A stretch of DNA of 64,000 bases from Tubulanus polymorphus (lineage: Eukaryota > Animalia > Nemertea), in the NCBI RefSeq assembly GCF_964204645.1, contig NC_134029.1, forward strand, positions 14,750,950-14,814,949, in the 5' to 3' direction. The notes beneath the pieces are model-generated. The model had not been told where the DNA came from and searched no databases. It saw nothing but the letters and a program-made list of their open reading frames with translations. A program made the position numbers and the translations under genes. This document shows, piece after piece, positions 40,801 to 55,800 of the stretch (its first letter is position 1; each line of letters begins with the position of its first letter).

Positions 40801-43800
40801 CCTCAAAAACAGTTATTGCTGATCCGATTCAACATTTGAAAAACTTAGCACATGATCTACTGAATTGTATCATTTTATTTGACAGCCCACCAGCTTGTGG
40901 AAAGTTAATGCAGCATGTATTTACTTTAAGAAATCTAAGTGCAGCATTATCAGCTTGTATTTACCAATCATTATGCGATAGTGACGACTTTGTTGTATCA
41001 TTAAGTGGAAAAGATGATGTTGGTATGGAAGGCTTTACTAGGTAGGTTAATTCAACTGAAGGTCTTTCAATTCGCTTCCCATTTTATAGGACTTAAGTAT
41101 TAGCAGGCTATTGCGTTCACTTTTGATTTGTCAGTCTGTAGATAAAATCCAATTATTATTACCCAGGTTGTTTCGTACTTTCGTGGACACAATCTTGTCT
41201 TGAGAACGCCTAAACTACTAGTTCCCTCTTCTTGCAAATTAACAAATAGGCTATGTTTGTCTGGATATGTAGTTGTGTATCTGCTTTTTTACTTAAGGTT
41301 GGATCCAAGATGGCTGACTTGCGGCCCTATTTGCTTTCTTGGATGCTCGATATGTTAAAAAGATGGTGTCTGATAAACTGTGCCTGTCAGGGGTGTGGAA
41401 TATTTGAAAAAGTGATATAATTTCAGATAACCTTGTATACATAACATCCTTGGGGGATTGGGGCTGGTAAAATGTCCATCACTATTGGAAATGGAAGTTA
41501 TTGGCCATATTTGATATGGGTAGCCATCATAGATTTCTGGTTAGCGCCATACAGCTGTTATTCTGTTTGGATGTTCATAACATTTAGTTAAAGAGTGTTG
41601 GCATGTATTCATTGTGTGTGCATCAGTAATAGATAAAGCGAGACACAGTGCAGGTCTCATCACCTGTACAGTCACCTAACATCAACGTGCCTACACTTAA
41701 TTTTTCAAGGTCAAGTGAGGACATAGTTAGTAACCTGTGTGCAGTTTAGATTCATGATTGGATATTTCCACAAACCGCACAAGTTTTTATGTGCCCATTC
41801 GATTATAAAAGCTTACGACCAATGATAAGTTAACTAACTAGTGAGATTGTAGGCAAATGTCAATTAAGATTAGGCTTATATTACGAACCTATTAAAAACC
41901 ACAGTCAGTCAATAAACACGATTTCATCAGGAACCGGCCTGGTTTAATTTCTTCTGCCCTGGAATTTGAATAACTTAGGAGTTTCTGTCGGGTTTTTTAT
42001 ACTGTCCGCATGATTTCTGTTAGTTTTAGTCGTTTTTGGTATTCTCTTAGGATCTATTAGTATTATGAAAATTTGTAGAATCTAAATTTCCCATCAGCAA
42101 ATTTTCAAATATATTATTCAAGAAGGTCATTCTAATAAAAGACAGTTTCATTTAAAGTTGGCACTGACCAAGATGGAGTTCCTTTTAAGGAATTTTTTGC
42201 TTGTTAAAGTTTTCAAGGAAAACTATGTTTCTATGGGGGGACACCAATCAAATATGCTCATTCACATTAATAAGATAAAGTTTGTTCCCATCATTGAACA
42301 ACAAATTTGATATAAATATGCGTGTGTGCAACCTTTGTCCAATGATATTCTTATAAAAATAATGGTGGCCACGATATTTTCAATTCGATTAATGGGTACC
42401 AGAATCTGCAATTTCAACAATTCCCGGACCTCTTTATTCATGGAAATCAATAGTAGAGTCGACTGCCTCGACCGGTGCAGTTGGGACCCCTATTTGTAGC
42501 CCACTTGGGACTTGAGTCCCAGCAGGCTATTGCAATCACTTTTCGTCTGTCGTCTGTCCGTAGACGGAATCCAGTTATTTTGGAAAGTTTTGAAGACGCT
42601 TCAAGGTAATGTCTTGATATTTGGTTTATACGTGTATCTACCCAAGACACATCTTCAGCCCAAAAGCTGGCCCTGTCAGAATCAAGATGGCCGACTGGGA
42701 GCCATTTTTGTTTGCCAAAATCACTTTTTACACGTTTTAGAACTTTTTGAGGGAAACTTTGAAGTTGCCTTAATCAATTACCTTGATCTTTGTATGTATT
42801 TGAACCCCCCGTCCCCCAGGGCCCATCAGCATAGCCATGTCTCATTGCAATTGCTGATGGGTATTCTTTGGAAATGGATGTTTTATACTTAAGACAGGTA
42901 TATCTGATCAGCCAATCATGACGCAATTGGCGGCCATCTTGGTGTCATCAGTACTCATTCGTAGGTGGGAAAAAGTTTTTCGACATTATATTGATACCTA
43001 AGCATATTTTGTTACAACAATTAGAACGTTGTAGCTTATAACGTGTTCTATGATTGTGGTGAGTTTCAAGTTCATTGGTTTTTGTATATAGCCACCAGGG
43101 GGCGTTGAATAATACAATATCTTAGTATTTCTATATTATATTTGTACCAATACATATTTTGTTACCAAAATCAATTGCAAAGTTGTAGCTTATGACATCA
43201 TCTATGATTGTGGTGAGTTTTAAGGAAATTAGTTAATCTATATGGTCACCAGGGGGCGTTAAATAGTAGAATAACCTATTATTTCCTTATCATATTGGTA
43301 TCTAGGTATATTTTGTGATGATGAATATTTTCATGGAAATGAATATTTTGTGATGATCAATTGCAAAGTTGTAGTCCAGACATGTTCTATGATTGTGGTG
43401 AGTTTCAAGGTCATTGGTTTTTGCATATGGTCACCAGTGGGTGTTGAATATTGAAATTTTTAGATTGTTGAGCATTTGAAACCACTTCCCTAGTGGGCAT
43501 GGTGTCCCTGGACCCCTAGTTACCAAATTAAGCGATTATCAGTTTGAATATTGTGAATTTCAGTGGATAGAAATAAAATCAATGATCCATTTAATTTTAT
43601 TGAACCATAGGCAATTTATGAGGGTTATCTTCCCAATACTAGATATCAAACAAATATCCTTCAATAGACTTGAAACTGCAACCACATTTCCCCATTCCTG
43701 TTATCTCAGGATGCACTTCGAATGATGAATATCTTCAATGTAGGTCAATGAGTATAAACATTTTCGGTGAATCACAAGCCTAATATGAATCGCCTACAGA

Positions 43801-46800
43801 GATAGAAAATTGATAGTGGAGAGCCATTAGGATTTGCCAGTAACGTCGCTGAATAAGCAGATGTGAAGTCACAATTTTTACTGGATAAGGCACCTTGCCA
43901 AATCGAGCAATACGTGCCAGACAATATTTATGTTTTGAAACAGTAAAAATGGAAATTATATATTGATTTTATCGAATTGTTCACTTTACAAGATAGATTG
44001 GCAGAGTCTTACCTTAACCTTGTGCCATTTCAGTCATATATGTATTAATATCAGGACATTGACAAATTAATTTTCATTTCCTTTTCCAGTACAAATGTTG
44101 TATATCAGGAAGGTTTCCTTATGGCTGGTGCTCGTAGAAGAGGATGTTGTTCAGCTGAAGTACAAATCACATCATTACCAGCTGAATGGCCTGGTATGTC
44201 CTAGTAATTGTTTTTCCCACTTTGGACTTATGTCATCATTCACTTTTCATCCTTCTTCCATCTGTTCATAGTCAGAATCTAGTTAACTTGTCCACAGGGA
44301 TGTGATTTTTCCGGCTTAAACCGGATTTCCGGCCTTTGGGACCAAAATATTGACCCCCTTTGATTTGCACAGATCCGTTGAGAGAAGTGGGGGGGGGGGG
44401 GGTGAGGTACTCTGCTGACTGACGATTGGTTCCGGTGAGCCATAAAAGCGTTCAAGACCGGACAATCAGAAGTCTTTTTTTGCGCTGGATGGTTGCGCTG
44501 CTGTCAGAATTCGACGACGATCGACGACCCTCGAGATATTAATAGACAGTGTTCGCTCGCGTAATGCTGAAAAACGGCTTTTATGGCCCTTCACGTGGCG
44601 CTACCTACTGTATTTTGATATGCTAATGAGCAGGTGATGACGTCACTGTAACGTTTACGAGCGTCCGCGGAGCGGATTTTTCAGCATTACGTGATCGTAT
44701 GCCGAGTAATCTATCGCTCATAAATGAAAACTAAAACAACTTAAGTAAAAATTGTTGTTTATTTCTGAATGCGAATTCATCACTGAACAAATTGATGCGT
44801 AATAAAGGAAGATAAACCGATTATTAACGAAATTACGGACCAAGACCTTCGCGAGGAGAGTATGTGTGACAGACAGTAGTTGTCTATTTCCTGGTTAGAA
44901 TTAGGAACATCATTTTTATCCGAAATGCTCTAAAATCGCTCTCAGGGCAATGAAAATTCAAAATTTTTCTGGGCGAGGACCTTGAGTCATTGCGGAAAAC
45001 CTACTACCATGTATGTTCATAGTAAATCATTATGCAGATGTGTGTGATTACTATATGTATATATAGTGCTTCTTGTATCATGTCAATTGATAGATTTTCA
45101 TTCTTGGTCCAAGGGGAAATACATTAGGCTTTTTGGTTTACCTTTGTTAACGATAATGGAGTTGTTATTGAGTCAATTATGTATAATCGCAGTACATTTT
45201 TTGTGAGCATTTGTTTCATTGGTTCTCTGCCTAAACGATGTATAATTGATTATTAGACTGAAGACATGCGAAACCTCTGTCGATGACATGGTCGGTTGAC
45301 TTGGTAGATTTCTGGAAATCAGATCTTCTCTAGTATGATGCAACATCGGTCGAAGGGAGATAGATATCATGGTGTTGACTGTCCTTGACATATTTAACTT
45401 CATGTCTTTGACATTGGAATCATCATCATACCCATTTGAACTGCAAAATATTCATACAACATGAAAACCTACAGTACCTGTATACAGTAATCAAACTTTC
45501 ACTGATGTTGGATATTTGAATGAACGTAAGGCTTATTTCAGTATTCTAAAGCAGGAAATAATAAGCCCAATCAATAGGCTATTGCCATTGGTATAATGCG
45601 TACAGCTGTGCGGTACACTTATCAGTCAAGAATGGAGAAATCGGTACACAAAACGTATACATACTACATACAGCAAAATGTACAGGCCTACAATGCTTTC
45701 TGGTATACAAGCCTTGACCACATGAACGTTATGGATCTAGGTTTGTCTATTTATGTCAGCAGGTCAGAGAAGGCCTGAGTAAAATTCACTTGCATGGCTC
45801 AAATTAATTAGCCTTCCTGCCTGTGAAAACTTATGCTGTATTGTTTTAATTATATCAAGTGAATAGTGCATAGACTGAATTAGACTTTAGGCTATTCCTG
45901 ACCAAATACTATCCATGTGATATGGCACCAGTTATATTAACATCAGTGTAGGGCCAACAAGAGGGAAAAAGTTATGTTTGTAGTATGTAGGCATGGTAGG
46001 CTTATGTGCGTACTCACTTAATACTTAAAACGCTGTTGTAACACGTATGACTGTACGGTAATTTCCACAGGTTAGCCGTATGTGAGTATGTTGACGCTCT
46101 GACTTGCAATATTGGGATTCGAAACCAAACAAAAAACAAAAATTCCAGCAGTAGTCCAGTGATTTACCCACTGAGCCACAAAACGTAACTGCAGGGTGGA
46201 TAAAAGTTAATTGACAAATAGCCTCATCTAACCCAAACCCTATTCTTTCACGCATGCGCGTACGTGGATTATAAGAACTCACGTACAGCGTTTGTAGGGA
46301 AATCACGTACGGTTAACCTGTCAAGATCACCGTACAGTCACGTACGGGTAACAACTTTGTACTTAAAATGGTATTGGCTACTATAATAGGCCCATAGACA
46401 AATAAAATCTGGTAGGCTTTCTTAGCTTCCACACCTCACAACTGAACCAACTGACCAGCCAGTATATTTAAGGCCCAGTACACACCAACTGGCACAGACC
46501 TAACACTTTTTGTCACTTGTGTGTTCCGTATTAGGCTTTCGATAGTCACCTGATTTTCTGTTGTTTCTTTTCTCTCTGAATGTAGTCAAACGTAATTCTA
46601 GTAGCCACCCGCGACTCAACGACCTCGATTTAAACTTGATAAATTCAAATTACTTTATTGACGCTTTTGGTTACTTGAACAGATCAGCAATATACTTAAA
46701 TGAAATAACCGGAATAACAAGAAATCAATAATATGAAAGAGGTAACAAACAAATGCCCGTAAACCTGTAGGACTTGCGAACGCCGGACTTGTAAACTCTT

Positions 46801-49800
46801 CCGCTGAGCAATAAATTCATAAAATTGACTGAATTTATTGTGAAAAAGAGAGGGAATAATTCAATAACTGTTCTTCAAGAAGAAGAGAGATATGTCGGAA
46901 AGAAAACACAACATGGCTACTAATTGAACGGGACCAAATTTCCGATGTTTATGGCTCGACAGTGCTTTTATAACATGGATTGATCAAAATTCCCATGCAG
47001 TATCTGGAGATTGTAGTGAGCTGATGGATATCATACGGATTGTATCGGCAACAGCGGTGAGCTAAGAAAGCCTTTGCACTTTTAACAAAAACTTTGTGGA
47101 AAAGGGAAAAACCCTAAATATAGCTGCAGAGCAGCGATAACGGATTTTCTGCACAGCCTTATTCGTACTCTTGGTCTTGTCTGGGTACTGTGTCGACCAC
47201 GATCGCGTATATGCTGATGCAGCCGCACCATGCTATTGGAATTGATGGGAATTTAGAATCCTGTTCAACGGTCAATACTGTTTATTTTATATAAGGAAGG
47301 TCTACAAACAGTCAATAAGGCGCTACTTGGAAGCATGGATGACTGGACCAGATGGTTATTTGACTCTCGAAAATCGACTATTAGGCCTTATAGTCTTTAT
47401 GGATTCCGAAAAAGCATTTGATTAGGTACTACATCAGCGATTACTAAACAAGGTATTATTAGGAAACGGTATCAATGATGGGCCGCTTAAATGGGCTCAG
47501 CAGTTTTCTTTAATCGAAAACTGCTGGCCGAAATCAACGAAACTCACATCTTGGAAATCGAAAACTGCTGGCCGAAATCAACGAAACTCACATCTTGGAA
47601 ATAAGTACAGATGTAATTAGTGGAGTCACGCAAGCTAGTATCCTACTGTGTCTTCTCTTCACTGTCCTGATAAATGATTTACAGGTTAATCCGAAATGTT
47701 CAGGACCGAGTAAATTTCCAAAACGACCTTAACAAGTTGTGTCCCCTACATGGTCAGAAGCATGGAAGATGAGCTTCAACCTAAAAAGACATAATATGGA
47801 TATTGGATACAATGAAAACCCAGGTTCATGTGATAACTCACTCGTGAGAAGATTGTGTTTTTCGAATGAAAAATACTCATCATAACTAAATGACTATTCA
47901 GTTCCACGAAAATTGTTCTTTGGAATGAAAAACGCTTCGATCGAACTATATACTTGTTGAAAACAACGAAAACAATACTGTTTGATCAAACAATATACTT
48001 TTTGTTTGAACGGAAAACTTTTCGTTCTTCCAAAAAAATTTCTTTGAACAAAAAACTATGTGATGGATCGAATGAAAAACTTTTTGTGCAGACAAAAGAA
48101 ATTGTTGAGCAAAAAACAATTTAGTTTGAATTATTTTTTCAAAAAGCTTTGTTCGAATGAAATCAATCTGAAAAGGCATAAAATGAATATTGGATACAAA
48201 GAAAACCCTGGTTCTATACCTATGAATTCAATTGAAAAGATTATTTTGTTCGAATGAAGGTTACTGTTACCGCTTTACTACTGTTACCGTTTTACTAAAA
48301 TTGTATTTTAAGATCGATTTCTGTGAAAGCTTTAGTTGATTTGGTATTTCCTTCAGGATACATTACGTGGGGCACATATTAGAAGTTACCTTAGCTTGGG
48401 AACTATACCGCTAAACATTTTTTTGGAATACCCGGCACCGTACGGTGGCGCCGCCACGAGCCATGTGACTCTTCCTTAATTTCTTCCTTAGCGCCGCCAT
48501 TTTTGGTGCGTTTTTTCCCAGGGAGCTGGCGCTTAGATGTAATTCTGAGCAGGACCAAGCTAGCACCTCCGGTTCTTCGGTGAGTTCGTTCCCATAAGTC
48601 TCACCATTCAGATACATCGATAAATTTGATCAGATTTTATTCACGGCCGGAGCGTCAGCTCCGTCCACGTGTTTCCTTCCTCTTGTTCTACGAGTAGTCC
48701 GAGTTCATCTGACTAACCGCATATAATAGATTTGATCTAAGAAGATATTGATTAGGAGAAATACATTAATTTTTTTCTAATAATCAATTTAATATGAAAT
48801 CACATATGAAATATAACATGGCCGCCTGGGTCAGTCTGGTGTTGAGTTAGCTCCTGGTATTTCATGAGTTTAGCCATTTTCTTGTGGTGGTAGTGAGAAA
48901 AAAACATGACTGGATATACTGTGTATTCATGATGGTTATGTACATTGAGTCATTAAAGTGCGCGAAATGGATTTTTAGCTATTTATGTGGTTTTTTCTTT
49001 GAAATTACACCTGAATTTGTGGATATTCAGTGTCACTGGCTTTATAACTGACACCTGACAACTGCTCACTCAACTCAACTGCTCACTCACCTCAACTGCT
49101 CACTCACTTGACACATCAGAGATCGTTCTATCAAGGAATTATCTTGAAGCAAACTGTTATTACTGATCTTTTGTGTAGCAAGGGAGCTGTTGGGAGCAAT
49201 CGTTCTGGCAATGCCTACTCTGTCGACAGTACTAATAGTGGTATTCATCAAGAAATTAGTGAAATTCAACAAGAAAAACTAAATGAACAAGAACAACGAG
49301 AACAACCAGATATTCAACCAGATATTCATCCTACTAATGCGAACACTACTGATAATGATTTAGATAGAGAAGTCTTCACCGATCCTGAGAGTTCTAGTGG
49401 TTCTCGCCACTCAAAGAGGGCTCCTCCAACTAAAAAACGCAAAGAAAGAAGTTCAACGATCGATGATTTAGAACCGGAGAGCACCTCAAAACTGTTCAAT
49501 ATGATGCGCGAAATGGCAGAAAAAATTGACTCCCTTGCAAACATGAAACAAGACATACTGGATACTTTAAATGTACGGCTCGATAGTCACACTAAAATGA
49601 TCCATAATTTGATGCATCGTACTGAAGAGAGACTATATGACCTGGAACAATCGACTAAAGCCAAAATTACTGAAATTACAGATCTGAAGTCCCAACACAC
49701 ACGTGATGTTGCTGAATTAAAACGTGAAAAAAAAGCAACAAAAAAGCCAATTGAACGACTTCAAACGATATGCTATTGAAAATAACCAATACTCGAGAAG

Positions 49801-52800
49801 GAATCACTTAGTAGTCTATGGAATACCCGAGAAACCGGACGAAAATTGTACTAATTTAATTGTCGAAACACTGAATAATAAACTATCGTTGGAAACACCA
49901 AATAAAATCTCTAATGATGATATTGAAGTGTCCCATAGACTCCGTAGTAGGGCCCCTCAAGTTGATGACGGTGAGAAAAAAAACCCGGATGGCATAATAA
50001 TTTGTTTTGTGAACCGAGGTGTGAGGGACTTTATTATTAGAAAGCGCACATTATTGAAAAACACAAAGATAGTGATCAAGGAGGACTTATGCAGAGAAAT
50101 TGTAATGCTCGTAAATCGCGCGGTTAAATCGGACCTATACACAAATGTCTGGACTGTGAATGGTAAGGTGATCGCGTTGACAAAGGATGGTAACAAAAAG
50201 CGCCTTCAACTTTACGAACCATTACCAATATAAACTTTGTATTCACAAATTCTTATTATATATATGTAATTGTGAGTAACTATTAATAAGTTACTTTTCA
50301 TGTATTATCTTGTGTGTGTGTGTGCGTGTGCGAGATTCCTTGTGAACTAATTACCGCACATTTAATTTAACTATTACAATTTAGAATAATTTCGTAAGGA
50401 TGTAACTTATACTATTATATCAATTATCTATCAAACACCATGTTGCGGTGTTTTATTTTTGTGCATATTTTTTTCATTACAAACTCTCCCTTTATTGTGC
50501 ATGTTTGGACAACTTCTCGTAAGGATGAGCATATAAGTCTGAATGTAAGAATTAATCAACTTTTCCTTGTATGTAAGGGTATACGTAAATGTTATAAATG
50601 TATTATTCTTCTCATATTTTGTGTTTACATTAGATTTATACTTCAACACCTAGAAAGTGTTAATATTATTTCAAATAAGTATATGATTAATTTGATCTCT
50701 AGTAATGAATTTAGAGGAAAATAATGTGTTCGATGGTAATTGTAGTTATTACCAAGTAGATTCATTGAACAATATACCAATTGGTTATAATTTTTCTCTG
50801 CTCCATGTAAATATGAGGAGTTGTAACAAAAATTTTGAGCATTTTTACACCGCTTACAAATCTTTCAATTGTAAGTTTGATATTATTGGCTTTTCCGAAA
50901 CGTGGACCTCCGATTTAGAAGATAATTCATCCATGTATAATATTGATGGTTTTACAAGTAAATTCCTAAGTAGAAAGTGCAAAGGAGGTGGAGGCGTTGC
51001 TCTATATATCAAGAATGATATTTCTTTTCATACTGATAACCAGTTAGATATACAATTTGACAGTTTTGAACACCTTTTTATTGAACTATCTAATAATGTA
51101 TGTATTGGAGTGGTATATAGGACAGGTAGTGGTTTGAACGATTTTAATAGAGATTTAGATTTACTGTTATCAAAACTCACTGAAAATAAGAGATATTTTA
51201 TCATGGGTGATTTTAATATTGATCTATCGCATTCATCTTCCCATTTACCTACTACTAAATTTGTTGACTCCATGATGTCAAATTCTCTTTTTCCCCTAAT
51301 TGATGTTCCTACTCGTGTTACTGATACTTCAGCAACTATTATTGACAATATATTTACAAATGCCTACCTTAATCACAATCTAAGTTCTGGTGCTATTATT
51401 TGGAACATAACAGATCATTTTCCGATCTTCACTTGTTTGAACTTATCTCAATTTGAACGAAATGCTAATTATAAAGCAAAACCCAAATATTTTTCTTATC
51501 GCGAAATAAATGCTAGAAATGTTAATATTTTTAGAAGGAAACTATTGATATCTGACTGGCATTGTATAACGTCCTTGACTGATGCATCAGTTGCATATTC
51601 AGAATTCTTTCGTATTTTTAAGAATTTATATGATGATTGTATACCTATTGTTAAAAAGAAATATTCTAAATTTAAAGCTGGTTCGCATTTATGGATGACT
51701 AGAGGATTGTTGAAATCACTGAAACATAAAGAACAATTATATAAACGTTATGTTACTCAACGAACTCAATCATCAAAAGCACGCTTCACCTCCTTCAGAA
51801 ACTTGTATAATAGGCTTATCATCCAAGCAAAAAGAAATCATTTTATTCATAAATTTGATCGAGCCGGTAATAACAGTAAATACACTTGGAAAGTTATAAA
51901 GGAATTACTAAATAGAAATTCTGATAAGAACATATATCCAGATGATTTTAAAATCAATAATAAACTAATCTCAGATCCTGATGTAATTGCCAAATCTTTC
52001 AATGTCTATTTCGTAAATGTTGGACCAAATCTAGCTAATTGTATTCCTAAGCAATCAGAAAGTTTTGAAAAATTCATGAATCCTCAGCTTGATCATAATT
52101 TATTTCTAAATCCAATTCTACCTCACGAAATAGAATTAATTGTCAGAAACTTTAAATTGAAAAATGATTGTGGTTTTGATGACATTAACCACAAAGTATT
52201 GAAAAGCGTAATTGATACTATTTCTAGTTCACTAGCGCATATTTTCAATCTTTGTTTTTCTGAAGGTACCTTCCCAGATGAGCTTAAAATAGCTCAAATT
52301 TTTCCATTGTATAAATCAGGGGATAAACAAATTGTTAGTAATTATCGTCCAATCTCTATACTTCCATGTATTTCTAAGATTCTAGAAAAACTACTACATA
52401 GCCGCTTAGTTAAATACCTCAAATTGCATGACGTTCTAACTAATTCTCAATTTGGATTTAGAGAGGGGTACTCAACTGCTATGGCAATTAATGTAATTAC
52501 ATCTGCTTTAATCAATAACTTGGATAACAACAAACACTCAATTGGTATTTACTTAGACCTTTCGCGAGCATTTGATACTTTAGATCATAAAATTCTCCTA
52601 GCTAGATTGAATAATTATGGCTTTCGCGGAGTTGTACTAAAATTATTTTCCAGCTATCTTGAAAACCGATTTCAAGTTGTGAAATTCAAAAATCATATTT
52701 CATCTCCGCAAAAGTTAACATGTGGAGTTCCGCAAGGTTCAATTTTAGGTCCTATACTTTTTCTTTTATATATTAATGACTGTATCAACAGTTCAAAATT

Positions 52801-55800
52801 ATTTCAGTTCATAATGTTTGCAGATGATACTAATGCCTTCATGTCTCACAAAGATTTAAAATCTCTAGAATTTCTGGTCAATAGGGAATTATCAAATTTA
52901 GATCATTATGATAGTATGATGAATTTGGAGTAGTAAATATCCTGTGGATCGGTAAAGTAAAATGATGAAGAAAATGGGTAATTGTTAAAATCACTGTTTG
53001 AGGACCGCAGCTGAATGTGAAGTCTTGCAGCAATAAATTTGTTTATTTATACTTGAATTGATAATCGAAGTGACAAGCAGCCTGCGGAGGATTTCAGGAT
53101 GAAGACTCTGAAAAATATGTCACCTCATTGAATGGGGCTCAATTTTCGATGTGGAGGCCCGACAGTGCTTTTGTAACATAGATTCATCAAAATACGCACA
53201 GAATATTTGTTGATTGAAATGAGCTGAATGATATCATACGGATTATATCGGCAACAGCGGCAAGGTAAAAAAGCCTATATTCTTTTAGTAAAAATTGTGT
53301 GGAATGAAATAACAATAATAAGAAACATGCTATTATTAATAGGGTTTTCTGTGAAGTACGGGTAACAGGAATAATCACCCGAATCTCAATAGGGTTTTCT
53401 GTGAAGAAACAGAAAACCCTAATAAAGCTAGCATTATCGTCTCCATTACTTTGCCATTTTTCATGTGTTTGAATTTTCATAACGGGTCATTGTGAAGTCA
53501 GAAAAATGTAGCTTGTATCTCATATCCTGTCAATTACAAACCACAACAGAAATTTTCAGTAATTTTCTGCCTGGTCTGTATAGACCTATATTAGAATAAA
53601 AAATTGATGTACAGGAACACTGCCAGCCATTAATTTAGGGGATATAAAGTGAGGAACTACTGTGAACTTCTGATTTTTTTTCTGCTGCCAGCCAAGGCCT
53701 TTCAAAAAGAGATGACTGAATCAAATTGTGGGCATCATTTGACATTGAATTGAGATGGAATTATTTCAATATTTTTTTACTGAGGATTAGGATAATCTTG
53801 GCCTTAGTACAATGACCCAGTGATATACTGTGCCCATATCAGTGGTTAATGGATGTTAGTGGATTTTGGCGGTATGTAGAGAGAATCCCACAATTATAAC
53901 GAAAAAGTCAGAAAATGAGACTTCGAGATAGTAGTAAAAAGACAAACTAGTGGGCACTTAAATTAAAACAATGGTGAATACAAGTTGAGAGACTAAAATA
54001 GGACAATGGTTTTTCACAATGGTTTTTTTTTTTTACAATGGTTTTTCACCCCATAATAAACTTATATCTAAATTCCTCTGTAAACTGGTTAAACTCAACA
54101 CTTGATTCCCCTTTGATTATTTGTTTTTTTGCTCTCTCATCTATTTTAGTCTCTCAACTTGTATTCACCATTGTTTTAATTTAAGTGCCCACTAGTTTGT
54201 CTTTCATACATAACGATGAAACTTTTAATATTAAAAATAAAAGTTCAACTTTAATAAAAGTTCAATAGACAATAAAAATTATTTTTTTATCATAATAATA
54301 TTATTCACATCATTATTAATATTATTACTATACATTCTCATCAATAACGAAAATTGTTTTCTTATCATTATAACATTCACGTCATGATTATTTTTACATT
54401 TCTATCATATTCTATAATTTTATATTTACTTCAAAGATATTTCATACATTCTCATCAATAACAATTATTTTCTTATCATCATAATATTCATATTATTATC
54501 TATACATTTCTATCATGTTCTATCATATTTATTTTATTACGGTGCTTGTGTGGTCACCTTATTGGTGATTACAATTGGACGAATCAGAAAATTCACATCT
54601 GGTCATACTTGACTCTGGACATTGACAACTAGGGGACCGAACATCGGAAAATCTTTTAACAAATCATCGTATCCTTTATTGAAACGTTCAGCGAACTGAA
54701 AATATCATATACATTCATTCTATTTATTTATTTTTTTTATGCGAGTCACGTCGCTAAATAGCGTATTAGATCTAGAGCTCAATCCAGTGAGTTTCCAGTC
54801 GGCTCCGGTCGGTTTCCAGTCGGCTCCAGTCGGTATTTAGTAGGGGCATTTTGTATAATGTACTCCTTGCACCCCAGAGAGGAAACGGTGCACCCCATAA
54901 GTAGGTCACCCCACAATGAAAATAACCTAGTGGTACCAGCTTGGCAGTATTGATCGATCAAATATTTTGTACATTGGATTTCCCTCAGATTGCACGTTTC
55001 CAGAAAGTTGAGGTAAATACAATTCAAGTCTCAATGGACTCTTCTGTTTGACAACAACTTGTTGACAATTGAACTGTTGTGATTTTTCGAAAATATCAAG
55101 AAGAAGGTCGATTTTGAGCTAATGAAATATGTTTCATTCAGCCACCTATCTTCAGAAGTTCAGAATCCTCGGGCTGTTGGCAAATTTCAAATCTTTACGG
55201 GTTGTTTTTGGTTTGTATCCAAGTTAAGCTCGGGTTTATCGTCCTCGTGCAGTTTTCTGGGTACATGTTTTACGTTTATTGAATATGCTTTAAGGCTTTT
55301 GCCTGCATACAATTTTTGGTAGCCTTAAACACTGCCTGGTGCTTGGCTAATCCTTCTAAAATGTGCCCCACGTAACGTATCCTGAAAGAAATATCATAAT
55401 TTTCCGGAGTAAAATTTGTATTTCTGAGGGATACTTAGAGTGTATTTTGACCCTTATCGCGTGATAAAACTAGTATTTTTCATTTTATACTGCAATTAGA
55501 TGGAAATATTCCGGTTTATAGTCATATTTTCTCGTTTTAAAGAGCAAATGCTTTCAAAATAGAATATTGTGTAAAAGTCAATTTCAAATGTGGTGTATTC
55601 ACAAATATCAAATATGCTACTGGTATGAATTTTAGTTCAGCCATTACTGAAAAATACGACTTTTAAATCGGCAATTCCAGCACATGCTCACTGTTATCGT
55701 TTATGTAAGCAGGTGCGTGTTTCTGACGTCATCTCTGACAAACCCTCGCGGCTTCCAGTCATTTCACTAGACATTTCATGCAATATTTTAGCTAAGGCCA

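Larger units (their letters stand above)
48345..55393. mobile_element. ~7-kb region bounded by ~40-bp inverted repeats (unclassified DNA transposon shell)
   Basis: TATTTCCTTCAGGATACATTACGTGGGGCACATATTAGAAG (48345) vs CTTCTAAAATGTGCCCCACGTAACGTATCCTGAAAGAAATA (ending 55393); TSD unclear, possibly TA. Confidence 0.6.

Noticed and set aside
11800-46700. Family-E direct repeats as the LTR pair of one giant element
   Set aside because: They are about 34 kb apart, diverged, lack TG...CA ends, and host exons lie between them.
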